Below are positions 19,624 to 28,763 of a DNA stretch of 32,000 nt, in pieces; the first letter of the stretch is position 1; every line of letters begins with the position of its first letter. A program made the translations under genes and the position numbers. Source of the DNA: Nostoc sp. PCC 7120 = FACHB-418 (GTDB lineage: Bacteria > Cyanobacteriota > Cyanobacteriia > Cyanobacteriales > Nostocaceae); NCBI RefSeq assembly GCF_000009705.1, contig NC_003272.1, positions 4,770,001 to 4,802,000 on the forward strand, given 5' to 3'. The notes beneath the pieces were generated by a model, which was given only the letters and a program-made list of their open reading frames with translations, was not told the origin of the DNA and did not search any database.

Positions 19624-20835
19624 TTAAAGTTGAGAAGGGTTGTGAGTTACTCTAGAAATATACTCTCCATTATAACTAAGAATTCTTAAAATAATTTGTA
19701 TCAGTAAGTCATAATATTTCTTGAATAAATCTATCTTTTCACTTAACGTTAATAGGGTAATTCTACCTTGATGAAATAGTGGATTGCGGACTGAATCTCG
19801 CAAATTATCTTTCATCATTTCGCTGGGAATAAAACGGAGATACTTATTTAATTGATATAATTTCTTTTGAATATTGTCTCCGATATTATCTTGAGTTAAT
19901 TCTTTATTCAATAAGTACTTGAATGTAATATACTCATAAGCCATGATCATTGTTGCCAGTTTAAGATCAATATATTTCTGTTGGTTTATTTCTGCTAAAA
20001 ATCCAATACAAGTATTGATGTCTATCTTTGGTTGCAAGACTTTGTAAATTTCATAACAATCATTAAATGCTTTTGGTATACCTCCATTAATACGAAAATT
20101 ATCAATGATATAATTTCTGCTAAAAGGATTCTTAACTGTATTTTCTATGGAATACTGCATAACTTCATTATCCGCATAATATTCAATCAACGGAGTGAAG
20201 TTTAAATTTAGATCAAGAAAACTTAAAAACCAACTTATCGATATAATTTCTTCTTTAATAGCATCAATATTTTCATATTTATTAATAGGAATGCTAACTT
20301 GAGAAAGAATTGCATTGTTTATTCTCTGAATATCAATTAGGTCAACAAGTTGCTTATTATTCTCCAGCATCTGAAAGCATAGTTCTTTCCCCTTAATCTT
20401 AACAAAGAATCCTCGCTCGCAATCAAGCGGAGAAAAGATGAAATTACTGAAATAAGCTTTTGCTAGAGTTAAATGCTTAGTTTCTTGCTCTTTTTTCTTT
20501 AAAAAAATGTAATCTGGAAGATAGAACGAAGTTAGTCTGTTAGGTAGTTCTCCTGTCTGAGCTAGAAAATGAAGATTGGTACATTCAATCTCCCATATTT
20601 CATCATTAGATATCCCAGAAAAAGACTGAATTTGAGATCCATTTTCTAAATTCTGAAGAGGTTCTTTTCCATGTAATACGAAAATGATATTTCCAGAAGC
20701 ATCTATACATAGCTCCCAAAAATACTTTGTATTTTGATCAGATTTACCTTCACCACATTTATACGGTATTCTTGAGTATTGATAAATATCGCCTAGTCTA
20801 TTTGCAAAGTAATCTTGTTTAAGCATAATCCGCAT
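19624..20835 (-). CDS. Orphan 403-aa protein with C-terminal R-N-P-L-F-H (HEPN-type Rx4H) motif; candidate HEPN RNase
   Basis: Long uninterrupted ORF in strikingly AT-rich DNA. R350-N-P-L-F-H355 is encoded at 19771-19788 (verified: cgc aat cca cta ttt cat on the minus strand). I recognise no other motif. Confidence 0.55.
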   Translation of the reverse strand: MRIMLKQDYFANRLGDIYQYSRIPYKCGEGKSDQNTKYFWELCIDASGNIIFVLHGKEPLQNLENGSQIQSFSGISNDEIWEIECTNLHFLAQTGELPNRLTSFYLPDYIFLKKKEQETKHLTLAKAYFSNFIFSPLDCERGFFVKIKGKELCFQMLENNKQLVDLIDIQRINNAILSQVSIPINKYENIDAIKEEIISISWFLSFLDLNLNFTPLIEYYADNEVMQYSIENTVKNPFSRNYIIDNFRINGGIPKAFNDCYEIYKVLQPKIDINTCIGFLAEINQQKYIDLKLATMIMAYEYITFKYLLNKELTQDNIGDNIQKKLYQLNKYLRFIPSEMMKDNLRDSVRNPLFHQGRITLLTLSEKIDLFKKYYDLLIQIILRILSYNGEYISRVTHNPSQL

Positions 20836-20883
20836 TTAATGATGGCTGGGAATTATAACTGTATACGGTTGTAATGTATCAAT

Positions 20884-20925
20884 ATCTCCATATAACCACT
20901 CTTAGAGAAGTGATTATATGGAGAT
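20884..20925. promoter_or_regulatory. 17-bp inverted repeat between the serS stop and the start of the 403-aa ORF
   Basis: ATCTCCATATAACCACT (20884-20900), an 8-nt loop, then AGTGATTATATGGAGAT (20909-20925). 16 of 17 positions pair. No U-tract follows on either strand. Confidence 0.5.
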
Positions 20926-20979
20926 TCTTCGTAAGAAATTATGCCAAATCTGAAAACTTGAGAGTGCTTTGTATCAGTC

Positions 20980-22260
20980 TTACAACACTTCACGCCCTAA
21001 GAAAGGTTGCAATACTTCCGGTATCAAAATTGTCCCATCTGGTTGCTGATAATTTTCCAAAATAGCTGCCATTGTGCGCCCTACAGCCAAGCCAGAACCG
21101 TTGAGGGTATGGACAAACTGTGTACCTTTCTTACCTGCTTCCTTAAAGCGAATATCGGCTCGCCGCGCTTGGAAATCAAAACAATTAGAACAACTGGAAA
21201 TTTCCCGATATTTACCAGAAGATGGTAGCCATACTTCTAAATCATAGGTTTTCGTTGCCCCAAAACCTAAATCACCAGTACAAAGATTAATCACCCGGTA
21301 AGGTAATTTTAAAGCCTGTAAAATTGCTTCGGCATTCCCCACCAATTTTTCTAATTCATCAAAAGAAGTGCTGGGATGAACGACTTTTACCAACTCTACT
21401 TTATTGAATTGATGCAGGCGAATTAAACCCCGCATATCTCGTCCATAACTTCCTGCTTCCCGACGAAAACAGGGAGTATAAGCACAGTGATAAATGGGTA
21501 AATTTTCCGCCGCCAGGATTTCTCCGCGATAAAGGTTAGTAACAGGAACTTCTGCTGTGGGAATTAACCACAATTCATCATCAGCACACTTAAAGCTTTC
21601 TTCTGCAAACTTCGGTAATTGACCTGTTCCTGTTAAAGAATCGGTATTGACTAACAAGGGTGGACTAACTTCTATATAGCCAGCTGCGGTTTGCATCTTC
21701 AGCATAAAGTTAATTAACGCCCGCTCCAACGCTGCACCAGCGCCTATCAAGTTCACAAAGCGACTTTGGGCAACTTTGACAGCACGTTCAAAATTGAGAA
21801 TCCCCAGCTTTTCGCCGATTTCCCAATGGGGGATAATATTCGGATTCTGGGGTAGATATTCATCACCCCAAAGTCTTACCTCTACATTTTCTTCCTCACC
21901 TTTACCTATAGGTGTAGAGTCACTGGGTAAATTAGGGAGTGCGAGTATAAGTTGCTCAATTTCCGCTTTGAGTTCTTTTTCTCTTGGTTCTAGTTCACTC
22001 AATTGGGCTTTAATCGCGTTCCCCTCATCCCGCAAAGCTTGAATTTCTGGGTCTTGAGGATTAATACCCGATTTAATCTTCTGTCCGACAATTTTACCAA
22101 TTTCGTTACTCCGGGCTTGGATTTGACTGCGGGTCGCTTCCAACTCCCGTTGTTGCTTATCTAACTGTAATATGGGTTGAATGTCATAAGTACCATTGCG
22201 GCTATTCAACCGTTCCTGAATGAGTTGGGGATTTTCCCTTATTTGCTTAATATCCAGCAC
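20980..22260 (-). CDS. serS: Seryl-tRNA synthetase
   Basis: [18 protein letters not shown]..., an N-terminal coiled-coil arm, and class II motifs ([18 protein letters not shown]). It is 426 aa long. Confidence 0.95.
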
Positions 22261-22360
22261 AAATTTTTCTCAATCTTTCGCCTAGTATCTTCTTGCCAAC
22301 ACATCAGCATATACTGATTTTGACTTGCCATGCCAGGAAAGGCAAATACAAAAATCTTGT

Positions 22361-22939
22361 TTAAGATTTGTTGATGCGATTGAGTAGCCACAGGGAGCTA
22401 ACCAGCCCAGCAAAGTGGGCTGAGACTGTATTGATGTTCGCCTGAACTACCAACATATCTAGACCACTAATGATGCGGGTAGGGTCGAATAATTGGGTAG
22501 TGACAGCTTGGGGAGATATTGACCTAGCTACTAGTGTACCCACGATCGCCTGCGCTCCCAACAATGTCACCAAAGTCCCGCCTAAATTTATCCACAGTCC
22601 TAAACGTAATACTTGCACTGTCTCCACTTTCCGAGGTCGGTTGCTGGGGTTGGAGGATAGCAGTTGATTACCAATTCTGGTGTAACGGAAGGCTAAATAA
22701 ATACCCCCACCCAGCACTACCAATCCACAAATCGCTAAAAACACCCCAAAGCCAGTCCCCGGATTATTATTAGGGCTACCTGCTCTCTGGCTAAAAATGC
22801 CAAACAGTAGCACAATAATGCCAGAAATAACGCCGAGTACTAGCTGAATCCAGAAGCTAATCCAGCCTGTCATCCGGAACGTCTGGGCAATTGTCCGGAG
22901 ATTAGAAGAAGATGATGGAGCATCGGGATTTCGTGACAT
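22361..22939 (-). CDS. Conserved cyanobacterial membrane protein (about 4 TM; possibly DUF3611-like)
   Basis: Four hydrophobic segments. The N-terminal RMTGWISFWIQLVLGVISGIIVLLF pattern resembles DUF3611 as I remember it. Family assignment is uncertain. Confidence 0.5.
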   Translation of the reverse strand: MSRNPDAPSSSSNLRTIAQTFRMTGWISFWIQLVLGVISGIIVLLFGIFSQRAGSPNNNPGTGFGVFLAICGLVVLGGGIYLAFRYTRIGNQLLSSNPSNRPRKVETVQVLRLGLWINLGGTLVTLLGAQAIVGTLVARSISPQAVTTQLFDPTRIISGLDMLVVQANINTVSAHFAGLVSSLWLLNRINKS

Positions 22940-23739
22940 ACGGCTTGCTCACCAACTGGCTAGTACAAAATGCAAGTAAAACATCCACAATCTTGGCTGT
23001 GTGCTGCTCTAAAATACTATCTTTATTTCTGCCATGCTGTGCCAAAGATTTGTTAGTTTTTAAAATCACACTTGTTTTATCAGTAAATCGTTGGTGTAAA
23101 AAAGTGCTGTCTACGGAGGAAGAAAAAACTATTTAAAAGTTATTTTCCTCATACTTCCTCACCCTGTTATTTTTAATATTTGCTTGTGGGTTTTTACTGT
23201 AATTAGCAAACCCAAAAGAGTAAACAATGCTGTGAACTGAGGGGCTGTAAAGCTAGCTGCATAAGCATAAAACTCTCTATTTAGCCCCTAGTAGCTTTTT
23301 TATTCGTACTCGCGTAAGAGTTTGATAAACACAGATTTGCCTTCAGCAATGTAATCATTACCAAATAAACTATTTATTAACTTTTACGGAGTTACAGACA
23401 AAACGGCATTTTACCTGTAAAATTTCTTCGATAGCATCTTACGTTTCAGCAGTTCTAAACCAGCTCGGCATTACTTGACACCTAGATAGTGACAAAACCA
23501 CTGTCTAGGCACCTCCTCACAACACTAATTAGAGCTAGATAGAGGCGCAATTCTTTGCGTTACTCAAACTTTTGCTTGTGACCTGTACTGTTCACAGGGT
23601 AGTTCATCATTACTTGTTTACACTGGGTAAATTTTCCCCAGGTAGCGCTATATACTTACACATTTGCAAGTAGCGCCCTATACTGATGAAAAACCTTTAG
23701 CTTTCACCTTAAGGGATACTTTTAGCCATCCACGAACTT

Positions 23740-24087
23740 ATGAAAATTGAGGATATATATCAATTCTTTGAAAATCCTCCGCCAACTTACCTCTGCCAGG
23801 AAGTAGCAATTTGTTACATTCTGTATGTTTTACTACAAGGTGAATCCTACGGAACTGAATTAATTCAGCAACTAGAAACTGAACACCCTACCTATCGGCT
23901 CTCAGATACTGTACTTTATAGTGCCATCAAATTTCTGGAAGACAATAGGGCAATTACTGGGTATTGGAAGAAGTTGGAAGGGCGAGGTCGCCCCAGGCGA
24001 ATGTACCAAGTTTCTCCAGAATGGCAACATCAAGCGGAAGATTTAGCCCGGCTTTGGCAAAATTACATTTATGTGAGGACAAATTAA
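23740..24087 (+). CDS. PadR-family transcriptional regulator
   Basis: Winged-helix pattern GESYGTELIQQLE...LYSAIKFLEDNRAITGYWKK.EGRGRPRRMYQVS. Confidence 0.8.
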   Translation: MKIEDIYQFFENPPPTYLCQEVAICYILYVLLQGESYGTELIQQLETEHPTYRLSDTVLYSAIKFLEDNRAITGYWKKLEGRGRPRRMYQVSPEWQHQAEDLARLWQNYIYVRTN

Positions 24088-24139
24088 CCAATAATTAATA
24101 ATGAATAAATCTCCTCCTGTGAAAAATTAATAATTAGTT

Positions 24140-24670
24140 ATGGATACTGCTATTCTGCCATCAACGTTCTTACTCACCTTGTTACTGGCGGTTGGTTTGC
24201 TCTTCTTCATTCGGGCATCTACTAAAGACCGTACAGAAATGGCTCAATTGATTTCCGAGCAAGAAGAAACCGTTTTAATGCCGCAACTACAAGAGTATTT
24301 TCGCTCTCGGTCTTACCGAGTGGCAGAAGTAGACCATGAAAAAAACCAAGTGACTTTTGAAGGGTTCGTGAAACCCAGCATATTTTTAGCAGTGTTTCTC
24401 ACGCTGCTAGCATCTGCTGGTCTAGTGTGTTTGTCTTTGGTTTTCGCTTTGTTGTTCCCTAGATTCGGTAATATTTTTCTGGGATTGGTATTATTTGCGC
24501 CTTTGAGTGGAATTTTTTATTGGAAAAAAGCAGGTAGGCTAGAAAAAGTTGTGCTGAAACTAGAATCTGTGGCTAATCAGCCGCAATTGTTTAGTAAAAT
24601 TACTGTTGTTGCTCATCGTGATGAAATACTTGAGCTACAAAAAGCACTACCTTTAAAGCCTAATGAATAG
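24140..24670 (+). CDS. Membrane protein, 176 aa (possibly CCB1-like cofactor-assembly-of-complex-C protein)
   Basis: An N-terminal TM followed by IRASTKDRTE, then two more TM segments. It lies 53 bp downstream of padR. The CCB1-like call is from memory only. Confidence 0.4.
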   Translation: MDTAILPSTFLLTLLLAVGLLFFIRASTKDRTEMAQLISEQEETVLMPQLQEYFRSRSYRVAEVDHEKNQVTFEGFVKPSIFLAVFLTLLASAGLVCLSLVFALLFPRFGNIFLGLVLFAPLSGIFYWKKAGRLEKVVLKLESVANQPQLFSKITVVAHRDEILELQKALPLKPNE

Positions 24671-25172
24671 TTGGTAATTGAGTGTGTAGATGCAAACTGT
24701 ATGTCGATTTTTTAAATCGGGATAATCACTAGTACTAAGTAGCACAATTAGACACAAAGCAACATCAATCCTGCAAAATTTTGAATTGATATCACTCTAT
24801 GTTTTGCCCTTTGCTTTTTACCTATTGTCTTTTGTACTAGTGTTATTTTTCCCTACGAATGCAAATCGCAGGGAAAAGCGTGTATCTTGACAGAGTTTTC
24901 TGAACAATCCACAGGAGGAAAGTAAAGTTCAACTCTCGCTTCTGGGTGTTTTTTGCTCTATCCTGATACTCTTCTGCATCATGAGACCAGCAATCAACCC
25001 AGGCAAACCAAATTGGTCTGTTGAGAGTCAATTTTCCAATTACTTGGACTAGTTCTACTGGCAAATTAGTGACAAACTTAAAAAAAATGGAAATTTTGCA
25101 TAAACTGCACACTTTTGCCAGTTAAATGATTGTCAGAAGCTGTATTCAACACGTAAGATTATCATCGATGAA

Positions 25173-25511
25173 TCAGCGACTGCCTACCGCCACTGGTTCT
25201 GCCCCTGCGGGAGATTCAAGTACCCGCAGGCTGGGAAACAAGAAATGATTTTCCTCGACGTATTGAGCGCCAAACAGCCCTTTCTCTGCCCAAAAATAAC
25301 GGTCTGTAGTGTGTTCGTTTCGCTTTACGAGTAGCAACGCCGGTGGCAAGATACCTTCAGCTTGAATAAATTTTCTGGCTGCTGTCACGGGTTTCTCTTC
25401 ACCGCTTTCGATGCTGTATTGAGGTACGTGTTCTAAAATACGTCGTCCTTCCTGGCGACGACGACTTTTTCTTTTACGTCTCCTTGCCAACCTATTTTCC
25501 TCCTCTTTCAA
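25173..25511 (-). CDS. Hypothetical protein, 112 aa, with an extremely basic N-terminus
   Basis: The N-terminus is RLARRRKRKSRRRQEGRR, followed by a conserved-looking C-terminal half (LLLVKRNEHTTDRYFWAEKGLFGAQYVEENHFLFP). I recognise no family. Confidence 0.5.
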   Translation of the reverse strand: MKEEENRLARRRKRKSRRRQEGRRILEHVPQYSIESGEEKPVTAARKFIQAEGILPPALLLVKRNEHTTDRYFWAEKGLFGAQYVEENHFLFPSLRVLESPAGAEPVAVGSR

Positions 25512-25770
25512 GCTATAGATTGTAGTGATAGCTACAAAATCCGTCGTAATTATATAAGTTCTAGTTCAAAAGATCAATAGTTTTTAAACTTTAGATACAA
25601 CAAAGATATTACTATTGACGGTAGATAAATCAAAAGCTAATTAGTACATCACTCCTTGAGAAAAACCATTACTCGAAAGATTTAGTTAAGCTTTATTAAA
25701 TAACTGAGGAAAATAAAGTATCTTCTCTTATCTTCCCTCAAAAACCGTGATCCTGAGCAAGAGCTGAAAA

Positions 25771-27135
25771 ATGTTAATGTCTGCCAGTTCAGATTTTGTG
25801 GCTCTATGTCGAGAGCAAATAGCACTACTTACCCAAGGGCTAGGAGCTTCTTTAAGTGTAGTTTATCTAACCCAAGAATTGATAGAGTCGCCAACGGGGG
25901 AGGCGAAACTGATTCCTGTGGTTGTTTACCCAGAGACGGCAGTTATACTACCAGGAGAAGAGCTTGCTGAGGTGAATGCACGTAAACAATTACAAGTGGG
26001 TGAGGTACTGTTGCTACCTCAAAAACAGGGAAAGTTATTGACTGTAGCGCCAGCCGAAGAAACACCAGAGTCGGGGAGAGCGCCTACAGTAGGTGGAACG
26101 TCATCGCCTTTTGGTGATGATTACTTGTTAGATGAACGCCAAATAGTCTTACCTCTGGTGCATGAGGGCGTAATGATGGGATTATTGGTAACAAGCAGAG
26201 CCGATCGCCCCTGGAACGAACAAGAGCAAAGTCAAGTGGAGAAAGTCGGACAAACATTGGCGATCGCTTGTATTTTGGATCAGCGTCGAGCATGGTTGCA
26301 ACACCAACTGCATCAACAACAAATTCTGCAAGAACAACAGCAAGATTTACTTGATAATTTATTGCATCAGTTTCGTAATCCCTTAACTGCCTTACGGACT
26401 TTTGGTAAACTTCTCTTGAAAAGATTGCGCCCTGGTGATCCAAATCGAGATGTGGGCGAGAATATTGTCAGGGAGAGCGATCGCCTCAAGGAATTGCTAC
26501 AAAAGTTTGAGCAAGTTATTGATTGGACAGAGGCAGATTTATCTAGGCTAGTGTTACCAGAAAAAGAGGGATTTGTCGAAGCCACTGTCCAAAAAGAAGC
26601 CAAACCAGCGCTATTATTACCGGGGACGGGAGAGCAATTAACTGATTGTGCTGTAGTTGATTTATTAACACCATTACTCATGTCAGCCAAAGCGATCGCC
26701 CAAGACAGACATATCAAGTTAAAAGCAGATATTTCTCAAGATTTGCCATTAGTCAGGGTAAATATTAAAGCTTTGCAAGAAGTGTTGAGTAATATCATTG
26801 ATAATGCTTTAAAATACACACCCCAAGGTGGCAAGATTTATATTCAAGCCGGGCAAGAAAAACTGAACTTCCAAGGCATTGCGATTAGTGATAATGGCCC
26901 TGGTATTCCTCAAGAAGATTTAGTCCATTTAGGTGAAAGACATTACCGAGGCGTACAAGCCCAAACAGAAATTCCTGGCACAGGCTTAGGATTAGCGATC
27001 GCTAAACAATTAATTGAGCAAATGCAGGGCGAAATTGAAATTTTCAGCCCGGCAATTAACTCTAAATTAACCTCACCCAATACACCAGGAACGACGTTTA
27101 TTATTTGGTTACCGATGAGTCAAAGTAATTCGTAA
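25771..27135 (+). CDS. Soluble GAF-domain sensor histidine kinase (Hik2/CSK-like)
   Basis: N-terminal GAF-like region, H-box LLHQFRNPLTALRTFGKLL, N box IIDNALKYTP, and G boxes ISDNGPGI and GTGLGLAIAKQL. There is no TM segment. Soluble GAF+HK is the Hik2 architecture. Confidence 0.8.
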   Translation: MLMSASSDFVALCREQIALLTQGLGASLSVVYLTQELIESPTGEAKLIPVVVYPETAVILPGEELAEVNARKQLQVGEVLLLPQKQGKLLTVAPAEETPESGRAPTVGGTSSPFGDDYLLDERQIVLPLVHEGVMMGLLVTSRADRPWNEQEQSQVEKVGQTLAIACILDQRRAWLQHQLHQQQILQEQQQDLLDNLLHQFRNPLTALRTFGKLLLKRLRPGDPNRDVGENIVRESDRLKELLQKFEQVIDWTEADLSRLVLPEKEGFVEATVQKEAKPALLLPGTGEQLTDCAVVDLLTPLLMSAKAIAQDRHIKLKADISQDLPLVRVNIKALQEVLSNIIDNALKYTPQGGKIYIQAGQEKLNFQGIAISDNGPGIPQEDLVHLGERHYRGVQAQTEIPGTGLGLAIAKQLIEQMQGEIEIFSPAINSKLTSPNTPGTTFIIWLPMSQSNS

Positions 27136-27183
27136 TTAATAAATTAGTGTTGTTATTAATTGGGAATTACCAGCAGGGGTTGA

Positions 27184-28449
27184 CTATCTTAATGAAACCA
27201 GTAGATTTTGGTTAATGGTCATTTGTAAATCGGTGTCTGGGTCGATAGCGATTAAGTCAACACTATTTCTGCCGAAAAACAAGCTGATTAATCCACCAAT
27301 GGCCGCACCGCCTAAAACTTCTTCAGTAGCGATCGCGCGATCGCCTGTGACAGCAGAGACGGCGGCGGCGGCACTTGCACCCAGGACGGTATTCTTAATA
27401 ATTGTGCCGGTGCTAGCACCCTTTCTGACGGTTTCGGTTTTGTTAATGACTTCTGAAGTTGCATTCAGTTGATACTCTTGACCTGTAGTTAAAACGAGTT
27501 TTTGAGCCACGAATTGGGAACCGCCTTGAACTGGCTTCAGTTCCCCGACTACCTGGCTACCAGCCGGAATTACCACAGTACCCGCTTGAGTAACTACGTT
27601 TTCGTCTACAGTAAGGGTCAAAGGAGCAGTTTCATCCTTTGTTACGAGGATTTTCTCTGCCTTGTCGTACTTCACAGGAATCACAGTCCCTTGAGGAATG
27701 GTGACAGCAGTAGGTGTTCTGGGAATATTAGCTTGAGTAGCCACAATATAGGGTGAGGTGAGTGCTGAGGCTTGATTAGAACTAACTAATGCTTGGTAGA
27801 TAAAAGCTGCTACCTGCGCCCTTGTAGCTGTTGCTGTGGGATTTAAAAAGTTGACGTTGGGATAATTCACCACAATTTTCTGCTCAGTGGCGGCGGCTAT
27901 GGGACTACGAGCATAGCCGGCAATGTTAACAGCGTCGTTAAAGTATTGCAGAGTACTGTCAACGTTACCACTGGGAATATATTCCAGACCGTTCGCCAGG
28001 GAAACCAAAACCTGCTGGCGGGGAATAGCTTGGTTAGGCTCAAAACGATTGCCAGGGTATCCTGAGAGGAAACCGATGGTATAAGCTTGCCGAATGGCGC
28101 TAGATGCCCAATAGTTACTGGGGACATCAACAAAATTAATTGCTTGCCGTTCTGGTGCTTTTTGGAAAGCTTTATTGACCATCGCCGCAAATTGAGCGCG
28201 AGTTACTGGTTCTTCTGGACGGAATGAACCATCAGGGAAACCAGCAATGATGCCTCGCTGTGACAATTGTTGAATAAACTGTGCAGCCCAGTAGTTCGAG
28301 GAAACATCAGAAAAAGTAGTTTGAGCAAAAGATGGAGATACTACTAAAAAAGGTGCCACAGTTCCTGCTGTGATGCTCAAAGCCATGAGCGCAGATGTAC
28401 CAGATTGCCAACGAGTTAAATTAAACATAGACTTTCTTGACCTACTCAA
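27184..28449 (-). CDS. Secreted S-layer-homology (3x SLH) protein with a C-terminal beta-rich/Gly-zipper domain
   Basis: Signal-like N-terminus. There are three SLH repeats (FSDVSSNYWAAQFIQQL...GFPDGSFRPEEPVTRAQFAAMV, then FVDVPSNYWA..., then AGYARSPIAAA...ATRAQVAAFIY). The C-terminal 170 aa are paralogous to ORF 28764-29480. The likely start is MFNLTRW at 28428. Confidence 0.8.
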   Translation of the reverse strand: MSRSRKSMFNLTRWQSGTSALMALSITAGTVAPFLVVSPSFAQTTFSDVSSNYWAAQFIQQLSQRGIIAGFPDGSFRPEEPVTRAQFAAMVNKAFQKAPERQAINFVDVPSNYWASSAIRQAYTIGFLSGYPGNRFEPNQAIPRQQVLVSLANGLEYIPSGNVDSTLQYFNDAVNIAGYARSPIAAATEQKIVVNYPNVNFLNPTATATRAQVAAFIYQALVSSNQASALTSPYIVATQANIPRTPTAVTIPQGTVIPVKYDKAEKILVTKDETAPLTLTVDENVVTQAGTVVIPAGSQVVGELKPVQGGSQFVAQKLVLTTGQEYQLNATSEVINKTETVRKGASTGTIIKNTVLGASAAAAVSAVTGDRAIATEEVLGGAAIGGLISLFFGRNSVDLIAIDPDTDLQMTINQNLLVSLR

Positions 28450-28672
28450 TTATTTATTCGTCTTGTTAATTATTTAGACCGTATTAATAACTAAAAAGTT
28501 CCTTTTTTCTGTATAAAAATGGATGAGGTTATCACAAGTGAAAATAATCAAAATACATATATCATAAGTATTAGAAATTCAGGAATAGTGCTATTACTGA
28601 TGATTGATGATTAGCTAGCCTATATCTTCATTTATTTGGCGGTTGATATAGCTGAAAAATGAATTTTGGTAG

Positions 28673-28721
28673 AAAAAAATTCAGCGATCGCCTACATATA
28701 TTTCCAGGGGCGATCGCTGAA
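28673..28721 (-). terminator. Intrinsic terminator after the 238-aa gene, built from two HIP1 copies
   Basis: 13-bp stem TTCAGCGATCGCC (28680-28692) / GGCGATCGCTGAA (28709-28721). On the minus strand it is followed by TTTTTTT (plus-strand A-run 28673-28679). Confidence 0.65.
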
Positions 28722-28763
28722 AGAGAAATGATAAAATTCACTGCTGAATCTTCGGGAAACTTA

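Noticed and set aside
24843-25112. 89-aa minus-strand ORF in the 500-bp gap between the PadR-operon end and the 112-aa basic protein gene
   Set aside because: I could not decide. It sits 60 bp downstream of the 112-aa gene on the same strand, so it could be real. However, the translation (MCSLCKISIFFKF...) has an odd Cys/Trp/Phe composition and no recognisable motif. I left it out of the features; it needs homology or Ribo-seq evidence.
25521-25534. Perfect NtcA-type consensus GTA-N8-TAC (GTAGTGATAGCTAC) in the divergent region upstream of the Hik2-like kinase
   Set aside because: The 6 fixed bases are expected by chance about 8 times in 32 kb. The site is only 10 bp from the start codon of the minus-strand gene, and I found no properly spaced TAN3T -10 box about 22 nt downstream in either direction.
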